From an uncultured virus (IMG/VR IMGVR_UViG_3300025018_000159) (taxonomy: Duplodnaviria; Heunggongvirae; Uroviricota; Caudoviricetes): a DNA stretch of 64,000 nt. Made by a program: the position numbers and the translations under genes. Below are positions 57,250 through 64,000 of this stretch, in pieces. Position 1 is the stretch's first letter. Each line of letters opens with the position of its first letter. The stretch lies in IMG/VR virus record IMGVR_UViG_3300025018_000159. The stretch is one strand, 5' to 3'. The notes under the pieces were generated by a model. That model was given only the letters and a program-made list of their open reading frames with translations. It did not search any database and was not told the origin of the DNA.

Positions 57250-59500
57250 AGAACTCACCCGCCTTGGCCAATGGGTTACGTTCGATATTACCGAAGACGG
57301 TAAGAAGATCCCGTATATTCCCGGCACGAACGACATGGCCGCTTCCAACCGTCCCCGCGACTGGCGCTCATTCCGCGCAGCCTGCAAGGATGTCGAGGAA
57401 GGCAAACGCCAGCACGTCGGCTTCGTCGTCACCACACGAGACCCCTATGTCTTCATCGACTTGGATGACCCCGAGGACGAGGATCAGAAAGCTGTCTTCA
57501 AGCGCCTCGATACCTACGCCCAGCTCAGTGTCTCCGGCGAGGGTGCCCACCTGATTGCCGTCGGAAAGTTCAAGGGTAAAGGCAAGCACCCTGCGTCTCC
57601 GGCGGCGGGGTTGTTCCAGGATAACAGGTTTGTGCTTATGACCGGGGAAATTCTCCAGAACAGATCTACTATAAAAGCAGTAGATGACTGCGATCTCCAA
57701 AGCATCCACACATGGCTCGGCGGCGGCAAGGACTATGAGCTTGAGGATCTCGTGGAATATGCTTCGAAAATCCCCGACCAAACGGTGGTCGACCTGGGTT
57801 GTGACCGCTTCACCAAATTCAACGATCTCTGCAACGGCAAGTGGCAGCAGTTCGATGAGTATCATGGAGACCACAGCACAGCAGACCATGCCTTCCTTGC
57901 CATGCTCTGCGACATCACCGAGTCAAACGACCAAGTGCGCTTTCTCTTCTCCATCTCAGGCATGTGGTCTCCTGAGCGTGCAGCCAAGAAGTCAGGTCAC
58001 GGACTTGCGGGGTATGTTGACCGGACGATCCGCAAGATCCGGGGAAACCAGCAGCGTGAGCGCCGTTCCCTCGAAGAGTGCCCCCTATCCTTCGGCGAAA
58101 GAAAAGTGTTGACAGAGATCCACCCGGCTACCCCGGAAAAGGGAAAATGCGACCTGATCGAGAGCTTGCCTGACGGTCTGGTGAAAGACATCGCACGCTA
58201 CTCCTTCGAAACCTCCTACATGCCTCTTCAGGAGGCTTCGATCCTCGTGGGCTTGCAGGTTGTCTCCGTGCTCTGTGGCCGGGGCTACCTGACCCCCACG
58301 AAGTCCGGCCTGAACATGTGGCTCATCCTTGTGGGTGGAACATCCTGCGGAAAGGACGAATACCAGAACGGTGTCAAGCGGATTCTGAACAAGATTGCCA
58401 AGTCGCATCCCAGCGTCCTGAAGATCTTCGGCGGAGAGATCGTTTCCGGGCCAGGCATCGAGACTGTGTTCCAGGATACATTCCGCTACTGCTCATATAT
58501 CCCTGAGTTCGGCGACACGTTCAAGCTGCTCGCCAACCCACAGGCACCCGATTATGTCAAGACCCTTTCACGCGGACTCCTCAACTCCTACAACTCGGCT
58601 GGTGTCGGCGGCACGAGCGAGGGACGGCGCAAGGCTCAGGGGACAGACGAGAAGGTGCGTGTGGAACGCCCCTGTCTCTGCGTCGCCGGAGAGGCCACCC
58701 CCGAATCACTCTACGGAAACATGACCACGAGGGAGCTGTCCACAGGTTTCCTCCAAAGGTTCATGCTCCTCAACGTGCCACTGACCTCGTGGTCGATGAT
58801 CGAGAACGAGAACCACGGCGCGGAGCCTCCGAAGGCTCTCGTGGATCGTCTGGCGAACCTGGCCATGATGATGGACTCTGCCGACGTGAGCAACAGCTTC
58901 CAGACCGTAGAGTCGTCACCTGAGGCCGCAGATCTCCTGAAGCGTTACCGGAACCACAAGCGGAAGGAAATCATGGAGTGCCCTGACGGACTTTCGAAGA
59001 AGGAAGTCATCAACCGCGCAGGACTCAAGGCTCTGCGTCTCGCTTCACTTCTGGCTGTCGGTTCCGATGAGCACTCCCCCCGCATTGGGCTGGAACACGC
59101 CCAGTGGTCAATCGACTTCACTGAGAAATGTGACAACGAGATCCTAGCCAAGTTCGATTCCGGCGAGGTTGGCTCCGGCCAAGTCAAGCAGGAAAATGAG
59201 ATAATTCAGGCTTGCAAAAACGTGGCGGCTATGAAAGTCGGGATGAGGCAATCGCTTGGGATGAGCCGGAAGGTCGCCCTTGAGAGCACAATGGTGCCGC
59301 TGGCCGTAATCAAGGCGAAGGTCGTGAACAATGCCGTCTTCGCTTCGGATCGTCTGGGAGCTGTCTCAGCCTTCGACAAATGCGTGGACTCTATGGTCAA
59401 GGCCGGGGTGTTTGTCCGGGTGTCGGAAACCCTCGCAGCAGACAGTTATAACCACCTGAAGGGGGTGTTGCTGTGCGTGAGTGGGAAGTATCTGAAGTGA
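57230..59500 (+). CDS. Primase-polymerase (NrS-1-type AEP) fused to a helicase-like P-loop domain
   Basis: FIDLD, YAQLSVSGEGAH, DHSTAD, Walker A GGTSCGKD and GFLQRF motifs. Confidence 0.9.
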   Translation: MLHNIPEELTRLGQWVTFDITEDGKKIPYIPGTNDMAASNRPRDWRSFRAACKDVEEGKRQHVGFVVTTRDPYVFIDLDDPEDEDQKAVFKRLDTYAQLSVSGEGAHLIAVGKFKGKGKHPASPAAGLFQDNRFVLMTGEILQNRSTIKAVDDCDLQSIHTWLGGGKDYELEDLVEYASKIPDQTVVDLGCDRFTKFNDLCNGKWQQFDEYHGDHSTADHAFLAMLCDITESNDQVRFLFSISGMWSPERAAKKSGHGLAGYVDRTIRKIRGNQQRERRSLEECPLSFGERKVLTEIHPATPEKGKCDLIESLPDGLVKDIARYSFETSYMPLQEASILVGLQVVSVLCGRGYLTPTKSGLNMWLILVGGTSCGKDEYQNGVKRILNKIAKSHPSVLKIFGGEIVSGPGIETVFQDTFRYCSYIPEFGDTFKLLANPQAPDYVKTLSRGLLNSYNSAGVGGTSEGRRKAQGTDEKVRVERPCLCVAGEATPESLYGNMTTRELSTGFLQRFMLLNVPLTSWSMIENENHGAEPPKALVDRLANLAMMMDSADVSNSFQTVESSPEAADLLKRYRNHKRKEIMECPDGLSKKEVINRAGLKALRLASLLAVGSDEHSPRIGLEHAQWSIDFTEKCDNEILAKFDSGEVGSGQVKQENEIIQACKNVAAMKVGMRQSLGMSRKVALESTMVPLAVIKAKVVNNAVFASDRLGAVSAFDKCVDSMVKAGVFVRVSETLAADSYNHLKGVLLCVSGKYLK

Positions 59501-59512
59501 GACCGGGGCAAT

Positions 59513-59604
59513 AAAAAAAGCCCCCGAATTACGCATCGTCGAGAGGCGCGGGAGGTCTGCTGGTTTAGTATGCAGAAAAGCCACGCCTTGACAGGGTGGG
59601 GCTT
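59513..59604 (-). terminator. Two tandem terminator-like hairpins closing the leftward operon
   Basis: Minus strand: AAGCCCCACCCT..AGGCGTGGCTTTTCT and CCTCCCG...CGGGGGCTTTTTTT. Confidence 0.65.
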
Positions 59605-59655
59605 CCGAACGGTCGATGCACGGGACGCTATGCGCCTGGGATCTCCTTGTTAGCG
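59604..59655 (+). other. attC-1 (short)
   Basis: TCCGAAC GGTC GATGCACGGGACGC TAT GCGCCTGGGATC TCCTT GTTAGCG. Confidence 0.75.
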
Positions 59656-59774
59656 ACGAGAACATCCTTGTGTTCGTTGCATCTGGGGCGGTATTCATCA
59701 TCGCCGCGCATCCAGCTTGTTTGGATTTCCACTTTGCCGACCGCTTTATTCTCGCATAGTTGGCATTTTGGCAT
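59628..59774 (-). CDS. Cassette A ORF, small Cys-containing protein
   Basis: MPKCQLCENKAVGKVEIQTSWMRGDDEYRPRCNEHKDVLVANKEIPGA; the frame stays open upstream to 59900 without an ATG. Confidence 0.5.
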   Translation of the reverse strand: MPKCQLCENKAVGKVEIQTSWMRGDDEYRPRCNEHKDVLVANKEIPGA

Positions 59775-59858
59775 TCCGTTGGGGTGTCCCTTGTATTTCT
59801 GGAATCTGCTGATTCGCGGGTATTTTCGATTACTCCTAGTCTTTAGGTTGTTCGGTTT

Positions 59859-59943
59859 CGCTAATAAATCGCCGTATCCAACGGCGGCCTGCCCTCTTAT
59901 TTATTCGGAGTCTTTCGCGCCGTGGATAGGCTCGGCGTTGTGG
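59859..59943 (+). other. attC-2 (R'' reads AAT instead of AAC)
   Basis: CGCTAAT AAATC GCC(G)TATCC(A)ACGGCG...CGCCGTGGATAGGC TCGGC GTTGTGG. Confidence 0.85.
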
Positions 59944-60239
59944 CCAAGAATCGGCACGTATTTGTTGAGCGTGCGCGTCTCGATTTGGTTGAGCGGTTTC
60001 CATTCTGCGAAGTCACCAGCCATCCGGCCTTGCCCTTCGTTATCCAGCTCCCCTTGGAGATCGGACTCCGGACACCATTTCAGCCCGCCATAGCCGATCC
60101 ACTTCTGGCGGCACTTCGCTACCGCTGGGCGGGGCATCTTGTAGGCGCGGCAGTATTCGGCCAGTTGGTCGAGCCAGCTTTTATATGAGTCACCGAAAAG
60201 CAGGATCGAGCCATCGGGGAAGGTTGCTTTGATTGTCAT
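59901..60239 (-). CDS. Cassette B ORF, hypothetical protein
   Basis: 112 aa; the stop lies in the loop of attC-2. Confidence 0.8.
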   Translation of the reverse strand: MTIKATFPDGSILLFGDSYKSWLDQLAEYCRAYKMPRPAVAKCRQKWIGYGGLKWCPESDLQGELDNEGQGRMAGDFAEWKPLNQIETRTLNKYVPILGHNAEPIHGAKDSE

Positions 60240-60270
60240 TTTATCGGGCGTTTTCGTTGTTTCGTAAGAT

Positions 60271-60361
60271 CCACAACAAGCGTCTGGTGGTGACGCCGTT
60301 GAAGCATTCTGATTAAATTCGGGGCTCTTTTTCCGGCGTCACCACAGACGGAGCGTTACGC
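60271..60361 (+). other. attC-3
   Basis: CCACAAC AAGCG TCTG(G)TGGTGACGCCG...CGGCGTCACCACAGA CGGAGC GTTACGC. Confidence 0.9.
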
Positions 60362-60714
60362 CTATAAACTCCGACGACCATGAAGAGGTCGTGACTCTCG
60401 CCAATTTTCATCCCTTCCCATCCAGTCGGCACATGACCGAAAGTTACTTCGTATTCACCTCTCTCGATCCGCAGCTTTGCGCGGCGTTTCAACTCCTCGG
60501 GGGAGTATTGAGCAATCTCGTTTTCCAAGAATTGCACCGCCGCGCCGAGCGTTACATCCCCCTGTCGCACTCGATACCTTTCCCTTACTTTTCGGTATCC
60601 ACGCTCTAGGGCAATTCGCTCAGCGTAACAAGACATCGCACTACAATCCCCACTCGGAGTCTTGGGAGGGGCGGCGATTTCAGGCGGGGGAGTATCGTTT
60701 GTGGTATCAGTCAT
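60313..60714 (-). CDS. Cassette C ORF, hypothetical protein
   Basis: ATG 60714 inside the attC-4 loop (MTDTTNDT...); stop inside the attC-3 loop. Confidence 0.75.
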   Translation of the reverse strand: MTDTTNDTPPPEIAAPPKTPSGDCSAMSCYAERIALERGYRKVRERYRVRQGDVTLGAAVQFLENEIAQYSPEELKRRAKLRIERGEYEVTFGHVPTGWEGMKIGESHDLFMVVGVYRRNAPSVVTPEKEPRI

Positions 60715-60749
60715 TTTCGTGTGTGGATGTGTGGATTTTATCGTTCGAT
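60623..60749 (+). other. attC-4
   Basis: GCGTAAC AAGAC ATC(G)CAC(T)ACA(A)TCCCCAC...GTGTGGATGTGTGGAT TTTATC GTTCGAT. Confidence 0.8.
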
Positions 60750-60944
60750 TTACCAATCCCAGTCGATGAACTCAGCCCATGCGTAGGCTTGGATCTTCTC
60801 GAACGTGGTTTCCGGCATGACTTCTTTTCCGTCGTATTCGAGGCCGAAGACCCCGTGACAGTAGCGAATAATTTGAGTGCGCCCGTCGTGCGCTTCCCAG
60901 AAGACCTTTCGGCCAGGTGTTTGTCCTTGTAGTTCATTTTTCAT
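60750..60944 (-). CDS. Cassette D ORF, hypothetical protein
   Basis: 64 aa, MKNELQGQTPGRKVFWEAHDG...; the alternative frame 60937-60707 looks less protein-like. Confidence 0.6.
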   Translation of the reverse strand: MKNELQGQTPGRKVFWEAHDGRTQIIRYCHGVFGLEYDGKEVMPETTFEKIQAYAWAEFIDWDW

Positions 60945-60967
60945 CGGTGTTTTGGGGTGATTCGGAA

Positions 60968-61067
60968 ATCGAACAAGCGGATCGTGGCGACCCGATCCCG
61001 CTCCCCACGGTAGATTTATGTAGGCTTTGAGGGTGCGGGATTGGTCGCCACATCCTTGACGTTCTGC
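60968..61067 (+). other. attC-5
   Basis: ATCGAAC AAGC GGAT(C)GTGGCGACC CGATCCCGC...GCGGGATTGGTCGCCACATCC TTGAC GTTCTGC. Confidence 0.9.
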
Positions 61068-61112
61068 TTAAGATGTGCCGCGAGGCAGTCCGTGGCGACG
61101 GCGAGGAGGCCG

Positions 61113-61280
61113 TCACATTTCAAATCTCTTCACAGAGATAATCTTCGATAGGTGCTGGTAATTCTTCAATTTCTCCCTAGCCTTCTTGATTGACTTGGCC
61201 TGCACTTCAGTTTCCACGGTCTGTCCGTTGCTAAGTGCAACCACACATACCCATGTCACTACTGCGATATTTTTATCCAT
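61113..61280 (-). CDS. Small hypothetical protein (55 aa)
   Basis: Hand translation MDKNIAVVTWVCVVALSNGQTVETEVQAKSIKKAREKL... Confidence 0.6.
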   Translation of the reverse strand: MDKNIAVVTWVCVVALSNGQTVETEVQAKSIKKAREKLKNYQHLSKIISVKRFEM

Positions 61281-61617
61281 GATTCAGGTTTCTGAAATAC
61301 TCATCCCGCTTTTCCCTGACTTCCTTTTTGGTCTTACCTCTGGCGATCACTCTACCTTTGAAGGTAAACTTGAACGGGAGGTCGTAACCAATGTAGCGGT
61401 CTGGGTTTTCAGCAGCCTTGCTGGCAGCGGTTTTTTTCCTGCGGACAGGTGCGTTCAGCGAAGCGAAAAACGCATCCCTCGCTTTCTCAGCGGCTTTGCC
61501 GGAGACCGTGCCGAGGGATTTGCGCCTCTGCTTGTCGTCCACATAGTAGAGGGCGTAGGTGTAGCCGTTGACTTGGACTAAGGCTGTGCCAAGGGAGGTG
61601 TCGGGTATTTCAGTCAT
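61273..61617 (-). CDS. Protein with AP2/integrase-arm-binding-like modules
   Basis: YYVDDKQRRKSLGTVSGKAAEKARD and FKGRVIARGKTKKEVREKRD; ATG 61617. Confidence 0.5.
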   Translation of the reverse strand: MTEIPDTSLGTALVQVNGYTYALYYVDDKQRRKSLGTVSGKAAEKARDAFFASLNAPVRRKKTAASKAAENPDRYIGYDLPFKFTFKGRVIARGKTKKEVREKRDEYFRNLNHG

Positions 61618-61807
61618 GGTTGGGTTTGAGTTTCTTTTTCTGGCATGAAGGGCAGTTGTCCCTGTGGGTGTCGTTGCCTTCTTCGCGGTCGCCCGCAAGG
61701 TAGAGCCAGCGACCACACAGGGATTTGCCACCGCACCCCACGTAATGGAACTTGCTGCGTGGGTTGAGCGGTTGGGGGTTCCACCATCCTGTAAGTGTGT
61801 CACTCAT
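61610..61807 (-). CDS. Small zinc-binding protein
   Basis: KFHY...SLCGRW...CPSC; ATG 61807. Confidence 0.7.
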   Translation of the reverse strand: MSDTLTGWWNPQPLNPRSKFHYVGCGGKSLCGRWLYLAGDREEGNDTHRDNCPSCQKKKLKPNHD

Positions 61808-62012
61808 GCGTGTTGTCGATAAGTTTGATGCCGGAAATGACGGAGAGATTTTTAGAGTAATGTTTTGATTTAACGCCTCCATCCTCCCACGGATCAGCCC
61901 ACGTTTTAAGTTGCATGGTATCTTTTCCTCGATCCACAAAAAGAACGAAAACGCTGTTAATTCCTACAGGAATGCGCTCCAGCCGGAGCTTTGGGCGGTT
62001 GAAGAGTCTCAT
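61800..62012 (-). CDS. Hypothetical protein
   Basis: 70 aa; overlaps neighbouring ORFs. Confidence 0.6.
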   Translation of the reverse strand: MRLFNRPKLRLERIPVGINSVFVLFVDRGKDTMQLKTWADPWEDGGVKSKHYSKNLSVISGIKLIDNTHE

Positions 62013-62172
62013 GGCTTCTTGGCTTTCTGTTCTTGGACGTAGGACTTGCTACCACACGGAAATGGCCCCTCTGGAAGCTTCCTCGGCCAAGGCCATGCTG
62101 GTAGAAATTTTGGCCTCTTCTTGTGGTCGTAGCACTGAGTCTTGTCGCCGCTGATAAATGTAGGAACACGTA

Positions 62173-62469
62173 TCAGTTGTAAACGATCACGCCCTCCAGT
62201 TGTCCGGGCGTCCACCCGAGTGCCTTGTTGCGGGTTGCTGCGATGTCGCGGGCTTCGGCTTCCGTGAGGTGACGGAGACCCCCCGTGTGGTCACAGAATG
62301 CCGTGTAGTTCCATTCGGTGTTCGGTGCCCCGTTGCGTGCCACAGCGTGAACCGTGTCCGGCTTGTCGCTGGTGTTGTAGCGTTCGAGGGGAGTGCCCTT
62401 GACTTGGCTACGGGATTTGGAGACCACTTTAAAGTGGCTAGTGGGTTGCTTTTTAGTTTTGGTGCTCAT
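62173..62469 (-). CDS. Hypothetical protein
   Basis: 98-aa ORF. Confidence 0.7.
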   Translation of the reverse strand: MSTKTKKQPTSHFKVVSKSRSQVKGTPLERYNTSDKPDTVHAVARNGAPNTEWNYTAFCDHTGGLRHLTEAEARDIAATRNKALGWTPGQLEGVIVYN

Positions 62470-62678
62470 GTTCTTTGTAGGTTACACCCCAAAACCCGCT
62501 GGCTCTTGCGAACTCAGCGGGTCATTTGTGTTAGGGGTTGTTCTCCCCTTTATTCAGTTAATCGTTTTCATATTACTTCCTCCTTTCACCCCAAAACCCT
62601 CCCCCGCGTCTTGGCAGGGAAGGGTGGGACGGCTCGTGAGGATAAGTCACAAGCTAACGCTGACGTTGTTGTGGCAGA

Positions 62679-63026
62679 TCAGGCAGATTCTTTGGGTTGA
62701 CGTTGGTTTGTTGGCAGTAACCACAGGGAAGAGTAACCTTTGCCGTAGAGGGCATCCAGCGGGACGAGCTGCTGATTCCGGTAAGATCGCGTCCCCAGTT
62801 CGCCGGAGGGCAGGACGATAACCTTGCGGAACCAAGCAGGCCACTTTTTGGTGTATCGCCACAGATAGAGACCCGGCCTGCGGGGTTCCCGCTGACCCCA
62901 TGCCCAGCCCTCAGGCGCGGTATCGAACTCCGGGTATTCACTCCCGTGGTTGTCGGCTTCCGTGTGAACGGAAGTCATCAGCTTGTAGAGGTGCTGGTGC
63001 GGTTTCAGTTTGGTTTTGGTTGTCAT
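62679..63026 (-). CDS. Hypothetical protein
   Basis: 115 aa; AACGACA before the ATG; PRRPGLYLWR motif. Confidence 0.7.
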   Translation of the reverse strand: MTTKTKLKPHQHLYKLMTSVHTEADNHGSEYPEFDTAPEGWAWGQREPRRPGLYLWRYTKKWPAWFRKVIVLPSGELGTRSYRNQQLVPLDALYGKGYSSLWLLPTNQRQPKESA

Positions 63027-63063
63027 TGTCGTTGGCGTGATGGTAGTTGAATTGTCCCGAAGG

Positions 63064-63402
63064 TCAAATTGTTTTCTTCAGTATTTTTGTGATGACTGAG
63101 AGGTGGTTGATGATCCTGTTTTTGATCTTTTCCGGGTCTTCCCCGTGCCAGACCACAGGGCTGAGGAAGTGGAACTTGTCCGTCCACAGCGGGATCAGTT
63201 CCACACGGTGATGGTTCAGCTTGAAGGAATACTCCCTGCCGTCAGGCAGTTTGAAACAGTCGCTTGAGACGGTGGCTCCCAGCAGGCGTCCGGCTTGGAT
63301 GAGCTGTGAGTGGACTTCGAGGGTCTTGCGCTGAAGGTTGCTATTCTTCCTGCGGTTCAAGTTGAAAGGCTTGCGGTTGCGGATGTTGTCGATGAAGTTC
63401 AT
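63064..63402 (-). CDS. Hypothetical protein
   Basis: 112 aa; ATGA-coupled. Confidence 0.7.
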   Translation of the reverse strand: MNFIDNIRNRKPFNLNRRKNSNLQRKTLEVHSQLIQAGRLLGATVSSDCFKLPDGREYSFKLNHHRVELIPLWTDKFHFLSPVVWHGEDPEKIKNRIINHLSVITKILKKTI

Positions 63403-63674
63403 TGTTTCTCTAGGTGTGATTTCAGTTCTTGGCTATAGTTGGTAATTACTTGCCCCTCTCCCACAAGTGCTATACCTAAGGTTCCGTGGCTGGTCTTCAC
63501 CACGGCGAGTTTGTCCTGCACGACCCTGTGCTTGATCCACTGGCGACGTTGCCTGTCCGTCCTGCCCGGTGCGGCCACAGCCCCTGAAGGGTAGACCACA
63601 CCGATGAGTTGGACTTTTGCTTGGAGTGCCACGAGGATGGGTGCGACTTTCCGGTTCCAGTTTATGGGGTTCAT
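63399..63674 (-). CDS. Hypothetical protein
   Basis: Start MNPINWNRK at 63674; ATGA-coupled. Confidence 0.65.
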   Translation of the reverse strand: MNPINWNRKVAPILVALQAKVQLIGVVYPSGAVAAPGRTDRQRRQWIKHRVVQDKLAVVKTSHGTLGIALVGEGQVITNYSQELKSHLEKQ

Positions 63675-64000
63675 TGTGATATGCGGTAAAGTTCCCTCCG
63701 GCTGTTTGACGCCCAAACCTCCACAGTCTGTCCGGCGTAAACCCGCTTCCAGTCCTTGGCCTCAGGGATCTTGATCCCGTCGTTGGCATAGCCTAGGCTG
63801 GTGTAGTGAAGTTGGATGTGCTCCAAGCTGGGGTTCAGCCTGTTGCGCCTCCAAAGGTCGAAGTCCCTGGCCTTGATCTCCGCAACCTCGTGGATGCGTA
63901 GACCTTCCCGCTCGATGACGGTGTAGGCTTCCGCAACCGTGGGTGCCGCTGCGACTTGGTTGAGGCCGGAGGCCGTGTAGTGGAATGCTGCTAGTTTCAT
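63671..64000 (-). CDS. Hypothetical protein
   Basis: 109 aa; the ATG is at the window edge. Confidence 0.7.
   Translation of the reverse strand: MKLAAFHYTASGLNQVAAAPTVAEAYTVIEREGLRIHEVAEIKARDFDLWRRNRLNPSLEHIQLHYTSLGYANDGIKIPEAKDWKRVYAGQTVEVWASNSRRELYRISQ

Larger units (their letters stand above)
59604..61067 (+). mobile_element. Integron-type cassette array: five attC sites, four cassettes, no integrase in window
   Basis: Five AAC...GTT imperfect palindromes with the R''-L''-L'-R' layout; each R' is the reverse complement of the next R''. Confidence 0.88.

Noticed and set aside
59604..61067. Hairpins as simple terminators, REP elements or CRISPR repeats
   Set aside because: They lack U-tracts and are not copies of one sequence; the shared AAC/GTT ends, bulges and R'/next-R'' complementarity fit attC sites.
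60934..61116. 60-aa ORF spanning attC-5
   Set aside because: Mostly a translation of the palindrome and not protein-like.
1..64000. Integrase/lysogeny module, reverse transcriptase (DGR or retron), alternative genetic code
   Set aside because: No tyrosine or serine recombinase or RT motifs seen, and conserved genes are intact in the standard code.

Overview
The window is most of a tailed dsDNA bacteriophage genome with podovirus-type morphogenesis: terminase, portal, scaffold, major capsid with a C-terminal Calx-beta domain, nozzle and adaptor, ejection proteins and a 2614-aa polyvalent virion protein, with no tape measure or sheath seen. The + strand carries accessory, lysis and structural genes (about 9-46.6 kb) and a prim-pol/helicase (57.2-59.5 kb). 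The - strand carries a replication/recombination module (PolA, beta-clamp-like protein, SF2 helicase, Cas4-like nuclease, VRR-NUC, SSB-like protein, DnaQ, Sak4-like ATPase), a tmRNA gene, and short early-type genes at both edges. The main finding is at 59.6-61.07 kb: five integron attC-type sites bounding four small gene cassettes. Each cassette's leading GTT core is the reverse complement of the R'' of its own attC (one mismatch in one cassette). No integrase is present in the window. All cassette ORFs run antisense to the usual cassette orientation, and three of them read in frame through the crossover AAC into the neighbouring attC. Also noted: two unexplained tRNA-like structured RNA regions (1.28-1.39 kb and 53.4-53.7 kb), a compositionally distinct and possibly first-injected segment (6.7-8.9 kb), a repeated operator over four promoters, an Acb2/Tad1-like protein and an apparently split nozzle gene. 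All calls come from reading motifs by eye; no database searches were run.
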